64,000 nt of DNA from Ostrea edulis (Eukaryota): the NCBI RefSeq assembly GCF_947568905.1, contig NC_079170.1, positions 81,282,001-81,346,000 of the forward strand, given 5' to 3'. A model generated the notes under the pieces. It had not been told where the DNA came from. It did no database searches and saw only the letters and a list, made by a program, of their open reading frames with translations. Every line of letters begins with the position of its first letter. The stretch's first letter is position 1. The translations under genes were made by a program, and so were the position numbers. Below are positions 39,601 to 53,223 of this stretch, piece by piece.

Positions 39601-40849
39601 TCACCTTGGCCCATATCTTTCCATATATATTTGCATGTAAAACCTTAGTCCCTATTATGGCCCAAAACTACCCTTTGCAAACTAAAATCTACACTATGTC
39701 AGAAAGCTTTCATGTAAATGTCAATTTCTTTGGCCCAATGGTTCTTGAGAAGAAGATTTTTAAAGCTTTTTCCTATATTTGTATGTAAAACTTTGAACCC
39801 CCCCCCCACTTGTGGTCCCATCCTACCCCCCGGGGGCCATGATTTGAACAAACTTGAATCTGCATTATGTCAGAAAGTTTTCTTGTAAATATCAGGTTTT
39901 CTAACTCAGTGGTTATTGAGAAAAAGATTTTAACTATATATTTGTATGTAAAACTTTGATCCCCCTTGTGGCCCCATCCTAACCCCGGGGGCCATGATTT
40001 GAACAAACATGAATCTGCACTATGTCAGAAAGTTTTCATGTAAAAATCAGCTTTTCTGGCTCAGTGGTTCTTGAGAAGAAGATTTTTCCTATATATTTGT
40101 ACGTAAAACTTTGATCCCCTATTGTGGCCCCATCCAACCCCAGGGGCCCATGATTTGAACAAACTTGAATCTGCATTATGTCAGGAAGCTTTCATGTAAA
40201 TCTCAGCTTTTCTGGCTTAGTGGTTCTTGAGAAGAAGATTTTTAAAGTTTTTCCCTATATATTTGTGTGCAAAACTTTGATCCCCTCTTGGGGCCCCATC
40301 CTATCCCCGGGGGCCATGATTTGAACAAACTTGAATCTGCACTATGTCAGAAAGTTTTCATGTAAAAATCAGCTTTTCTGGCTCAGTGGTTCTTGAGAAG
40401 ATTTTTAAAGATTTTTCCTATATATTTGTATGTAAAACTTTGATCCCCTATTGTGGCCCCATCCAACCCCAGGGGCCCATGATTTGAACAAACTTGAATC
40501 TGCATTATGTCAGGAAGCTTTCATGTAAATCTCAGCTTTTCTGGCTTAGTGGTTCTTGAGAAGAAGATTTTTAAAGTTTTTCCCTATATATTTGTATGTA
40601 AAACTTTGATCCCCCTTGTGGCCCCATCCTACCACCGGGGGCCATGATTTGAACAAACTTGACTCTGCAATATGTCAGGAAGCTTTCAGGTAAATTTCAG
40701 CTCTTCTGGCCCAGTGGTTTTTGAGAAGATGATTTTTAAATGACCCCACCCTATTTTTGCATTTTTGTGATTATCTCCCCTTTGAAAGGGACATGGACCT
40801 TCATTTGAACAAACTTGAAAGCCCTTCACCCAAGGATGCTTTTGGCCAT

Positions 40850-40887
<38 letters not shown>

Positions 40888-40975
40888 TCGAAAATGTGAA
40901 AAGTTTAACAGACAGACAGACGACGGACAAAAAGCGATCAGAAAAGCTCACTTGAACCTTCGGTTCAGGTGAGCT
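39566..40975 (+). mobile_element. HINE/pearl(CvA)-like element carrying about seven 166-bp satellite units
   Basis: Same termini as 26501-27464; period 156-166 bp; 3' hairpin agctcacttgaacc-ttc-ggttcaggtgagct. Confidence 0.87.
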
Positions 40976-42241
40976 AAAAAGAAAAGACCCCCCCCCCCCA
41001 ATCCGACATAATTCCGTTCGAACTTCTTTCTAAGATAAACTGGCTTAGACACCAAAAGTGTATTATGGACACGATATGTTTATCATCCAAGTATATTGGG
41101 CCTATATGTTGCAAAAATTATATCCACACCGTTACATGAAAACAAACAAAGGCACTTGTTTATTTTGATGAAGGATGCTTTAGATGAAGTTGTCCGGCAA
41201 AGCCGACCTGCATGGTTGTTATATGCCAGGCAGAATGTGAAAATCGCCTTCAGCTTTACAGTTATCAGGCGCTGGATGTTACGACACGTTAATCTAATTG
41301 CGTCATCACGCATGTAGGAGTTTGGAACTTTGAAATAAATGTATACCAGTGCTATGACTCTGGAAACCACTATTTTTCATAGGAAATCATGTTTCTTTTT
41401 TTTTTTTTTTTTTTAGCAGCATGGACCTTTGTATTCTAGAAGTGACGGTCGCAGGTCTTTACAACGAGATATTAAAACCGATGTCTTATAATCAAATACC
41501 GATCACAAGATCATAAGTATGTATTCAACTTTTTGTAAACCATGGATGTACTTTACATATTAATTAAGAAAGTCTACAAGAGATAAAAAATAAGGAAATT
41601 GCAGTGTTTGTAAATTTTGATCTTTGTCGTAAGATATTTTGTAAATAGGCGATGATTAAAAAACGCCGTCACCGCTACGGTCGTGAGTGCCAGGTACTAT
41701 GGGTTCTAATATACGACAAATCACCGTCATACGGGAGACACGATGTCGAAAAATGAGTGAAAAATTATCCAAAGGATGTAAAATAAATACAGAAATACTA
41801 AGTGGTAGATATCTATTTTTACGTTTGTTTTCATTCAGTCTATCGACCGTCTGTAGCACGCATTCTTTTTCCTTGTGATTTGCTTGGCCTCAGCTATCTC
41901 CAATGGTGGACACATTCCTGTTGAAGTTCGCTAGAAAATCTAGCAAGTGTGTGTGCTAAGAATGTCTTGTCTTTTCCTCCAAATTAGATTTTTAAAATAA
42001 TGTATTACGGGAAACTTGAGAGCTACATGTATATACATGTAAGAAGCTTTGTCAGAAGACGATGTAGTTCGCCGTGATGCGTGGCTCTACTTAGCATACC
42101 CCCTTGGTTAAAATCAATTATAGCTAAGGTTGAAAATTTTAAAGAGTAAGTCTAAGTCGAAGGTCAAGGTCACTAGGTCAAAATGAAAGACCTGGTCATA
42201 AGGAATCTACATGGGAAATATTAAAGCCCTATCTCCCTTTT

Positions 42242-42460
42242 GTCCCGTGGGGATCCGAGTTGGAAAAAGTCCTTAGTGCTCCTTGCTTGTCGTAAGACGC
42301 GACTAAATGAGGCGGTCCTTCGGACGAGACCGCAAAAACCAAGGCCCCATATCACAGCAGGTGTGGCACGATAAAGATCCCTCCCTGCTCAAAGGCCGAA
42401 AGCGACGAACATAGGCCTTCAGCCCTTTACAGCCCTTCACCGGCAGTGGTCTCCAAACAA
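42242..42460 (+). mobile_element. SINE family 1 inserted in a HINE remnant (42060-42570)
   Basis: gtcccgtggggatcc head, Deu-like body; flanks share HINE core motifs. Confidence 0.75.
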
Positions 42461-43842
42461 CATACCCCCTTGTTCTAAAAGATAGTCAAGGTTAATGTTT
42501 TCCCTTAAAGTGTGACGCCCACACCGGGGTCATGACAAAAGATCTCTATCCCGAGCATTCGTCCCGGCGAGCTAAAAATCAACGTCAATGATCAATTATG
42601 TCTTAACTGGTTGCCGAAAGGCTGAAAAAATCTGGCAGTTACCGGTAGCAAATTGATGCTGTCAACAGATGAGTGAGTTGTTTGTGTTTACAGTGGTTGG
42701 TGATAAGTCAAAGAAGCTACATTAAAAAGGGGACAAACCACACCATACTTTTTTACATACAGGTTTAATCCCCAAACACTTATGACAATTATGTGTCACT
42801 TGTTGCTGATGTCACGGGTCTATAATAAGTCAGCGATATTTTGGAGAAGTCCAGCTGAATGCGTCTCAGTAATGTGCAAATCATACACGTTTGAAGACGA
42901 AATTTGTGTGGACATCGAAAGCGTTTATCAGACCATTACGCCGAAGCTGCAATGCTTGAGGTTTCTACGGGTTTGTACATACAATGTACTACACGGTAGG
43001 TCTGTGGTGTTGTTTGTTATACAAGGAATGGGTATGTACATTTGGACTTCCGATACGTTTGGATATTTTCGCTGACAGAAAATTCTTCCTGCTCCGGATA
43101 ACACATTCTATGGAAATTTATTATATACTTCTACACGGTCTAGATCTATAGAGAAATTTTACGCGCTTTTAATAAGATTTATGGAAAAGACTAATGTGTA
43201 TGAAGAACTACCGTCCACTCACCAGGCGTGTGCCTCCCCTTTATATAATCAAAGGAAAAATAATAGATACTTCCTCTGCCGTACACTGAAATTATGTTTG
43301 CTATGTATTTAAAACCACGGAGTTAAAGTGCCAGGAAACTGATTTATTACAAAGACTCCGCGAAAATTTGATGTAATAATTTGTGAATCTTTTCGCATGT
43401 TTCCAAAGTATACACAATCATATGCATTTTGTCTCTTATGTATATGGCAATTCATTCTAAGTTAGTTCGCCGAAATATTGCAATATTTAGTCACAAAACG
43501 GATTTAATTCTAAATATTTCCTTTAAAGTTATTTTAGACTTGCAAAGAATTAATTTTGATAAAAAAAAAAACTATTTTAAAAAGTTTAGTGATGTGAACT
43601 TTAAGGACAGTCCGTGAACTTAGCAATCTGTTTTAGAACAGCACATCGCGAAAGCGTGTTCAGTGTATGATCAATTTTTAAATCGCGGAAAGCTACTGAT
43701 AAAGAAGGCGATGCTACAGGGGGGTTTAACAATCTCGTTTAAAAGTCAGCATTTTGCAAATTATATTCTATGGTCTTTATGATGATCTAATTTGCAAGTA
43801 CCTTTCATTAGGGCAAATGCTCTCTGACCTGTTTAAAAACAA

Positions 43843-44029
43843 TTGTTAAGCCGTTCTTTGCACACTGATTTGGACTACCGATTACTCCATGTACCTGATC
43901 AAGATATAGGGCTCACTGTGGGTGTGACCGGTCAAAGGGGGATTTCTACTGCTCCTTTGCACTCGACCCCCTTGGATGTTTCCCTGTTCTCGATTTGGTA
44001 TTCATTGTGGCTCGTTATCTTCACCTTTC
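43843..44029 (+). mobile_element. Penelope-like 3' UTR fragment
   Basis: cctgatcaagatatagggctcac..gtgtgaccggtc...cgttatcttcacctttc. Confidence 0.65.
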
Positions 44030-45524
44030 ACATGTGTACATACACGTAATATGAAACATTTAAAAGAAAATACGTAGACGCTTGTACAACTTTAACTTAG
44101 AGATTTGTGTAATATTCCGTGGTCGATGACTGGATCATGATGTCATTTGCAAATTAATGGACGATATGTTCACATATACACCTGTAATTCTATATTATAT
44201 CATCAGAAGAAAGGTTACTGTAATGTCAAATGCTAAACATCCGCAGTTTAATCAAATCTGTCAGGGAAAAACCCATCTTCTCTATGAAACCCTAGTCATG
44301 TTTGAATTTGCCAGGATTCATCACACTTTCAGAATTGAAGCCCGTGTCTGTACTTATGACGGGCTGAAAAAGGCCAATTAAAAGGACTCAGATCACAGAT
44401 TTCACACTACACGTTAACTTCTACTGCCAAGCAAACTTACAAAGTGCGCCACCTAAGCCATACAATATACCCCCCATCTCTGTCATCAAATACCGAGACA
44501 GCGGAAGCTGAAATGACTCAATGAGTGGAGAGGTCGGTCACACAGTGACCTCTAGCGTTCAGTTATTTATGATTTCACGATTCTTTCTCTTAAGTCAACG
44601 TAAAAGGGGGATTTTAATGACCATCTATGACACCGCTGTCTTATTTATATGATCTTAAATATAATTAATCCGTGCGATGCATAGCAAGACTTTCACTTTA
44701 TCAGGATTTCACATTCGTTGACTCTCTTTAATCTAATACTTTTGGCTTCGTAAAGTACATCATGTGACAGTGCTGTAAAGCTGTATTGATTTATAGATAA
44801 AAATGAAACTTTCTTCAAAGTTCACTCTTCCAGTTCTTATCCGTCAATAACAGTGGTCTATTCTACCTAAACAGATTAAAGCCTTCAGCAGGAAACTTAC
44901 CTATGGCGCGGCTCTTTCTTTCTGTTGGAGATAGAGACAATAGGATTCTGGCCATACCTGACGAGGAAAAGAATGCATGATGATTTCCGAATCTCTTGAG
45001 ATTAATATTGTATTAAATAAACAGCAAGATCCGGGGTTAACCAACGTTGAAAATCCTCAGCAATTCTTTTTTTCTTTCGTTTACACTCAATATGGTGTTT
45101 TTCTGTTATATGATATAGTATATCGCATCTCAATACGGTATAATAAAAGCACACACAGAATCATACGTCAGTAAATAAAACATCCACCATAGGGGCATCT
45201 GATGATCAGAGTGTCAGACGCCGATCTGAATAAACCTACGATATCATTTATCACATACGTATTGTATGGGTACTTGAAACATGTATATAAGATTAACACT
45301 CTAAGAAGTTTGAAATATCATTTATAGGAAATATTGCTACAATATTCTAGCTCGCTTTTCATCATTATACATTTTGTATCATATTTTAAACATTTCATCT
45401 GTCGGAACACGGGAATGGCAAATACGAGATCAATTTTTTCGAAGGTGCACGTGTCGTTTGCAGCTAAGTTACAGGGTGTGGCAGAAAGACGAAATATCAA
45501 CCTCGCACTACTTTTCTTTGTTCA

Positions 45525-45925
45525 TTTGCTCTACGTCCCTTAAAGAATCCTTCACTCATATTGAGACATCACCAGCTGTATGCGAAGTACCACAATGTTG
45601 CCATATACATGGCACTTAAGGCAGTGAGGATTCTTCATCGCAACAATGCCTGCCGTGACAGGGGATCTTCCCGTTTTCCATGTTTCATTCAAACGCCACG
45701 ATCCACTAACTTCTTAATGGTGAGCCTTTGGCAAAGGAACAGTCACTACTTATAATTACGTCATAGGTTTGACCAATCGGATCAATTGCTCGTTCTTTTC
45801 CGTAACCGTTTGCGGTTACGGAAATAGCCGAGTAGTTACGATTGAGGTTTGACGTCATCAAGGCACGAACGGAACTCAAACCCGCAATCTCCCGGTCACA
45901 GAGAGAACGTTCTAACCGCTGGTAA
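45525..45925 (-). mobile_element. Degenerate tRNA-headed SINE (family 2) with a small palindromic insertion
   Basis: Body matches the 12395 copy; degenerate A/B boxes at 45870-45925. Confidence 0.6.
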
Positions 45926-46050
45926 CAGAGCACTTACAGTTGTTTTGTTTCGCAGATTATATCGAGAACGATTCTATATATAGTAACAACGGAGGTATTC
46001 TACCGAAAGTAATTATCAACTAGTGATACAAGGAAACATGACATCCGATT

Positions 46051-46180
46051 GATGCGAAGTACGTGACGAAGATAGAGAAATTAGATGACGTATGACTTAT
46101 GCTCGATGCGAAGTACGTGACGAAGATAGAGACATTAGATGACGTATGACTTCTGCTCGATACGAAGTGTGTGACGAAGA
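46051..46180. repeat. 54-bp tandem repeat, about 2.4 copies
   Basis: gatgcgaagtacgtgacgaagatagag...gctc repeated. Confidence 0.88.
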
Positions 46181-47081
46181 GTGACTAACACAACGGGTTT
46201 AATCCATAGAAGCTGCGAGGTGTGTGGCAAAGGTGACCGAATCATGACGTGTGGGCAAGGGTGTTTGACAGAAAAGTCATGTTTAACCATCTCAAAACTT
46301 CATAAGAGGTTATTTATCGCAATGAATTTGCATCAATTTAAAACAAAGAAATAAGGCTTAGAACTAAGAATTAAACAGCATGAGGCATTGTGGTTCATAT
46401 CTTAATGTAAATCTATTTCTTATATCTGCTATCAACTTTTATGTCTGTCAGAATTCCCAGTCATTAAAATATGTCTATCAAGTGATTTTGTATTCATACG
46501 CGCATTGTTTACAACTGCAGCGCGTTCGTGAAGAAATGCCTATCACTAAAATTTGCCTAGACATCAAAGTAAAAAACATTGAAAATGTAAATATTGTTTG
46601 ACACAGATTCGTATAGATGAAAATCAATTATAACATTATAGAAATCCTTGAAATATGTGTAAGATTGCACTCTGATAAAAGAAAGTAGTCTTACCTGAAT
46701 ATCTACACGGATTTCAGGAAGCGTCGCCTTTATGGAATGCCTTCTTTCTCTCCCCCGTAGTTGTCATATCCCATTAAGACCAGACCGAAACCGTAAAACG
46801 TGTGTTGAAAGGTGTGCTGTATACACTGCACCCTTTGCTAGCTCTTGTTATTATACATAATTATATTCAAGACCATACGCAATTACATTACAATTCATGT
46901 GAAAGAAAATGGTTACATCTACATGTATTTACTAAATAAATTTTTTTTAGCAGACAACAATGACAATTTGTCAAACACAAAAACATCAAAATGCTCGGTT
47001 TTCCTTCAGAATTAGAGCCCAAACACTTCAAGCTACTGTTTTTAATAAAATTCCGCATTTAGCCAAATTCCCCGGATACCG

Positions 47082-47385
47082 CTTACACGTATTATTGTAT
47101 AATCATAACGGCTTACACCTATTATTGTATAATTATAACAGTTTACACGTATTATTGTACAATCATAACAGTTTACACGTATTATTGTACAATCATAACA
47201 GTTTACACGTATTATTGTACAATCATAACAGCTTACACGTATTATTGTATAATCATAACAGCTTACACGTATTATTGTATAATCATAACAGTTTACACGT
47301 AGTATTGTATAATCATAACAGTTTACACGTATTATTGTATAATCATAACAGTTTACACGTAGTATTGTATAATCATAACAGTTTT
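47082..47385. repeat. 30-bp minisatellite, about 10 copies
   Basis: ttacacgtattattgtataatcataacagt repeated. Confidence 0.95.
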
Positions 47386-50300
47386 ATCTCCTGGACTATG
47401 GACACTGTAACTGAATCCATATCTATTTAGAATAATAATTACATAATGTTATTAAGTACGTGGAGTTCAACCAAATTATCAGAAATGTATTCGCTTTTTA
47501 AAGTCACATGTCCTTTTATGCAGACTTTAATCCACATTACATTTCCATATCCGGTCTGATAACAGTATATTGTCTTTCTATAACCGGTCTGATATTAATA
47601 TATTGTCTGTCTGCATCCGGTCTGATAACAGTATATATTGTCTGCTACAGATTCTAGGTTCTCTGAACACCAGATAATACATGTGTAAATGAGCTGTCCC
47701 ACGTATAAACATTTTCCCTCAAGGTACATGTATCAATAGAAACCGGAAAAAAAGATTTTTAATGGGTCATATTTCCAGAACTAATCAGGATTTTCGATAC
47801 GTTATCACTCCCCTGATCGACAGTGTCAAGGTCTACTTTATTGAAAGTGTTACAAGGTTTCTCCCCTCTAATTACAATAAACGTAATGGTAAATGTGCAT
47901 CATTGGCTAGGTTCAACAGGACATGGGCCAATTATATATGTGCAAGGTGGGTTGTCGGGAAATAGATCAGCAAAGAGCGATTGTTTTATAACGACTGCAA
48001 TACATAATGTTTTGCGTTTCAGTTCGAAACAGTATTTCTTCGAAACATCACTCTTTTTTTTCTTTCTTTGTTTCTTTGTTTTTCGTTTTATTTGCTGTAT
48101 TTTATTCAACGAAACGGCACTCATTTTCTCGTGTTATTTGCCGTATATTGTTCTACGGAACATCACTTTTTTCGTTTTATTTGATGTATGACTTTTTGAG
48201 AAAAGGGGAACTAAACTAACAGTAATTGGTTCCACAATGCTTCACCAGAGACAAAGTCAAACCTTGACCTTTCCAAAATGACCTTGGTTCAAAAGTCCCT
48301 GTCCCAAGAAATATTTGTGATCAGCTATGATCAATTTTTTGATAAAAGGTTTAGGAAGTATATACTCAGAAGGACAAAATGCCGGACATGATGGCCACTA
48401 TACGCATTTCAGGAAGCATAAAAATATGGCAAAAAAGTGGCGATAGTGCAACAATAATCACTAAATATGTTTCGGCACTGGGAGCCCTTCGGTCAACCCA
48501 CGGTTCTACTGTACCGAGTTCTTAACCAAAGGCATAATTTATCTATGTTTCTATTCTCCTAAACCGCTGAACATTTAATTATTTACCCAGATCGAACAAC
48601 ACATCTGTGCTGCATAGAACAAAAAAGTGGGCTTTATGATTTCGTACTTCCCTGCCCGTCACTATCAGAACAGAATGTATAGCAATTCAAACTCTGTCCC
48701 CGTCATAACAATGCTTCTAATCCCGTCAAGATGTCAGCGACATTGTCAGGAAACATCCCTCCAGGCTCTGCCCAGCTGGGGAGTTATTACAGTTGCTCAT
48801 TCCTGACACCGTGGACGTCTTCTGTAGCGACAATAGCTGCATAGACTCTCCATGCCGTGCCGGAAATTACAGCAACAGCCGTTCACACAATTCTCTCTCT
48901 CCAACATAAATCATTACACAGCATCGCATGGAATTTTTTCTTCATCCGATTTCAGCCGTACGTAAGGCGTATTTTTCATCCAATTTTATGTACATTTTTA
49001 CCTCAGTCATTGCTCATTAAAAAGCCTTTAATCAATACGTTCTGTCTTTTTACCCGTGTCGCGTGATACCAGTCTCGGTATCCTAAAGACGGGGTGTTAA
49101 AAGAGCACAACACAGATCATTCTTGAAAGACATCGGATAATGAGACAAATCCTCGCTGGTTTGCAATTAATATCGGTAGATCATACAGTCCAGTGTTCAG
49201 TTTATACAGGTAGGATTCACTCTATAATCTATACACAGTAAAGAAATGCAACCAAAAAAATCCGACAGGGGGCGCCACATCTGATGCGTGGAATCGACAA
49301 ATTCTTAATTGTTTTAAAATCACATATTGAGAATAGATTTCCGAATTTTTGTGTTGCTGCTTTAATTTTATTTTTACCCAATCAAAAACAAAAAATTAAA
49401 AATATCATAAATATGACCAGGTTTTCTTTATTTATATTAATCATAAACTAAAGTTACAAGTATATGTTCGTAAACATCAATTATAACTGATAATTTAAAA
49501 TTCTCGTATAATTATAGATGATATATACACTGGAACACATATATTTTTTTTTATAATTTGAAATACCGCCAACTGCCACCATTAATTGATTCAGAATCCG
49601 TTATATTATGATTTGATCAGTTATGTGATATTCATATGGTATCTGTTATAAAACAAATTACGGTGAATATTTTTGGCGTCTATTTCTAGAGTACGATGTA
49701 CTCTTTCAATATGACGAGCATGTAGCATTCCAATCTCTCCGTAAATTTCATCGTTCTTTTTCCTTGTTCACAGAAAAGCCCGTCCTTTAAAATGTCTCAA
49801 GAAACGAACTTACATTAACAACATTCAGCCGACATGAATAGTATTTCATTTCTAATATAATTTCACAACTTCCTAGTCTGCGGAGAACTAAACTTCATGC
49901 ATTTCAATAACCTACACCAGGCAATCAGAACTAAAGAGCGGGGACAGAGGATTCATTAACCCAGTTGTGTGTGAAAAATTACTAACCTACGTCATTCTGG
50001 ACGTTTCTATGCCACTAATGATATCTATTTTCTTCTTCTATATCAGATGTAAAACGAATCGCAATAGTTTAATCATTCGACAATATCTCAATCAAAACGA
50101 GGGAGTATCGCCTGTAGTATTTAGTAGTTCCGATATGCATGTACTAGATTCTAAAGCTGTATGACTGCCAATGGACGCATCCATCTATACACTGTTTACA
50201 TTCTTAATCATCTTCTGTTTACGTTGTGTATTGCACGCTGTGTTACAGTGTTTATTTTACAGTATACAGTATGTACATTACACGCTGCAATGCAATGTTA

Positions 50301-50518
50301 ATACATTTTATAACACTCGATATTTGAGGAGTATGCTTTTGATATTTGCCATCATCATTTTTCTTTGTTCCAACCGACCCTCAAATCTTCCACGATCTCC
50401 TTTATTTCTCTCACTGTGGCGAACATTTCTGAGGTAGCATCTTTGATATTTCACAATGTAGAAGAGTAATTACAGTTACAACACAAACTTTATGTCACCA
50501 CACTCTTGTTAGACTTAC

Positions 50519-50581
50519 CGCCCCTTTGTCCAGCAGGTGCCCCACCGAGAACTTGAACAATTTCCAGTTGTTGACCAAGTT
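50519..50581 (-). CDS. Candidate 63-nt exon; frame and gene unresolved
   Basis: Strong acceptor ttattgaatttcag| and donor |gtaagt; open in two frames (NLVNNWKLFKFSVGHLLDKGA or LGQQLEIVQVLGGAPAGQRG). Confidence 0.3.
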
Positions 50582-51532
50582 CTGAAATTCAATAAATAAA
50601 ATCAGCTGTCAAAGGAATGACGATCAGACACCGGGCAATAAATACTGATGACTACCTCCCGTGTGGAAATTTTAATACTGACCTTGACCTCAATCAAGTA
50701 ATGGGATTTGACCATGACCTGTGGGCTCAGTATGAAGTATTCTATATTTCAAAAGTTATGACCAAGGTTAATGATTCAGACAAAAGAGACAGACAGCTGG
50801 ACAATGATAACCCCACCCCCAATTTGAACCACCACCCTCCCCGACCTTCAATCCAGTGGCAGAACATGAAGAGGAATAATCTATAAAGTTAAAACGTTAT
50901 ACATATTTTCAACATTTAAAGGAAAAGTTTGATGTTCTGTCCTATATAATGTGCCTCTACAACTTTCCAATTAAGAGATATACGTTTAGTCTATTCATTA
51001 CATTTTTAAAAACCAATATCTGTTCTTATTGCACAGACATTTCACATTATCTGAAAACTGCTACCCACTAATAAATATGATAGAGTTTTCTGATAACCAC
51101 CACATGACCCCCTTCCCCCTCCATTTCCACCAGTGTGAAATAGAGTTCTCCATTGTGACGTCATCCATTATAAAATCAACTCCTCTCTCTCTCTCTCTCT
51201 GGATTGAGGCTAGCCTCGCCAGATAATTTCGACCCCTCATGAGAAATTTTTATAATCCCACGAAAAATAATCACAGTAGATTTGTCTATTTCCATTAAAT
51301 CTAGACATGACAGAGTTGGCTTTAATGTTTCACTATCGATTTCATCTACATAAGAAGGACTTGGAGACTTATTGGGGGATAGTATCAAATTTCACAGCAC
51401 TTTATTCCTTTTTCATACACAGGTGTTACAATGTAATTTCATCATCACGATTTTATCGGGTATCCAAGAACAAAAACGGCTGTTACTTAATCAACAAGTC
51501 TTTGTTAGAACAGCCTAATACATGTACAATGC

Positions 51533-51535
<3 letters not shown>

Positions 51536-51600
<65 letters not shown>
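51536..51600. repeat. (AT)n(GT)n microsatellite
   Basis: About 30 GT units directly flanking the hammerhead repeat. Confidence 0.97.
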
Positions 51601-51604
<4 letters not shown>

Positions 51605-51626
51605 CTTATACGGTACCAATTTTGAT

Positions 51627-51670
51627 GCACCAGATGCGCATTTCGACAAATAATGTCTCTTCAGTGATGC
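51627..51670 (-). ncRNA. Minimal type-I hammerhead ribozyme (copy 1)
   Basis: Minus strand reads GCAUCA CUGAAGA GACA-UUAUU-UGUC GAAA U-GCGC-A UC^ UGGUGC: full CUGANGA/GAAA/NUH core, 6-bp stem I, 4-bp stem II, palindromic stem III (AUGCGCAU). Confidence 0.85.
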
Positions 51671-51977
51671 TCAACCGAAATGTTTGAAATCCGAAATAAC
51701 TATGAAGTTTTGGAGCTAAATATAGCCAAAACCAGCGTGCCAAAAAAGTGGAGCCAAATTCGTCCAAGGATAAGAGCTATGCATGAGGGAGATAATCCTT
51801 AATTTTGAAATGAATTTCTAAATTTCATAACAGCAATTAAATATACATCCGTATTTTCAAGCTAGTAACGAAGTACTTTGCTACTGGGCTGTAGAGACCC
51901 TCGGGGACTAACTGTCCACCAGCAGAAGCCTCGACTCAGGGGTCATAATGTAAAACTTATACGGTACCAATTTTGAT

Positions 51978-52021
51978 GCACCAGATGCGCATTTCGACAA
52001 ATAATGTCTCTTCAGTGATAC
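51978..52021 (-). ncRNA. Minimal type-I hammerhead ribozyme (copy 2)
   Basis: Identical core; one C>U change in stem I gives a G-U wobble; cleavage site 351 nt from that of copy 1. Confidence 0.83.
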
Positions 52022-52293
52022 TCAACCGAAATGTTTGAAATCCGAAATAACTATGAAGTTTTGGAGCTAAATATAGCCAAAACCAGCGTGCCACACAGTA
52101 ACTGCTGCCTAAAGAGAGATAACTCCAGCAAGATATTTTATTTAATTTTTCACAATACAAACACTGCAAAACACAGACTTTACATATACATTTACATACA
52201 TGTATGTGATACTTCCAGCTGATTTTTTTTTCATTATCCTGAGATAAATGCGACAGATTAGTACCTTGAGACAGAAAAGTATCTTGATATTAA

Positions 52294-52809
52294 AGGGACT
52301 GGTTCACGATTTTCTCCAAAATTTTCTATTTCACTTTTAATGATCAAAATCTACTGTCTAATGTGTTTAAAAGATTTCACATAAAAATCAAGGTTATACA
52401 TTATCACAGAAGCTCATTTTAGAAAGTTATAATTATTTGTTTTGTAAACAAAGATTGGGGTATGTTATTGATTACATTTTCAAAAGAAATGGATATTGAT
52501 CTAAGTTTATTATATCTTTCACATTTCAAGCATTTTGGGGGTAAAATGTGTCATCTAAAAGTTAAAATTTGTGACTAAGCAAAATTAAGATGCTTTACAT
52601 TACAAAATCAACATTTCACTTGTTTATTTGTTTACATAAAAAGACTTGAGTCTTTGTTTAGATAACACAGATTTAAGGCTAAAATATTGCTTTTATTCTT
52701 GTATTCAGAAGGTCAAAATTTTGGCTGTCAACAATAAATGAGTTATATTTTTAATGTTTTAACAACAAAAATGAAAAATATTTTTATCAAAAATCGTGAA
52801 CCAGTCCCT
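52294..52809. mobile_element. Kolobok-like MITE, 516 bp, TTAA target duplication
   Basis: ttaa|agggactggttcacgattt ... aaatcgtgaaccagtccct|ttaa: terminal inverted repeats with TTAA on both sides. Confidence 0.82.
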
Positions 52810-52895
52810 TTAAAGGAACATATTAGTACCTTGAGCAGAGACATGCATATCAAACATGTTGCCTTGAGATATAAGGGACAGATTAGTACCTTGAT

Positions 52896-53164
52896 GATTG
52901 ATTGACTTTACATTGTTTAACGTCCCACTCGAGAATTTTTCACTCAAATGGAGACATCACTTTTGCCAGTGGAGGGCTGCAAAATTTAGGCTTATGCTCG
53001 GCGTTTATGGCCTTTAAGCAGGGAGGGATCTTTATCGTGCCACACCTGCGGTGACACAGGGCTTCAGTTTTTGCGGTCTCATCCGAAGGACCGAACCATT
53101 TACTACCCTCTTATGACAAGCAAGGAGTGTTGAGGAACCATTCTAACCCAAATCCCCATGGGAA
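52896..53164 (-). mobile_element. SINE family 1, full length
   Basis: gattgattgac tail through to the aatccccatggg head. Confidence 0.85.
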
Positions 53165-53223
53165 TAATACCTTGAGATACAAGATTAGTAATTTAGTATT
53201 TTGAAATACATGTATTGGGAAGA

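Larger units (their letters stand above)
51599..52092 (-). mobile_element. Partial-tandem 351-bp hammerhead-bearing repeat (Penelope pLTR-derived or non-LTR retrozyme)
   Basis: Unit 51599-51949 followed by a partial second unit 51950-52092; each has a hammerhead; no ORF of note; abuts a (GT)n tract. Confidence 0.75.

Noticed and set aside
42782-43075. 97-aa ORF or degraded transposon protein
   Set aside because: No recognisable RT, GIY-YIG or other motif in any frame
50651-50680. CTGATGA...GAAA hammerhead-like string
   Set aside because: Stem II does not pair beyond one base pair and there is no NUH/stem I
51176-51388. ORF with KPTLSCLDL resembling the GTF3C1 C-terminal EPTLDC motif
   Set aside because: Similarity is too short, there is no convincing acceptor, and the intervening conserved motifs are absent
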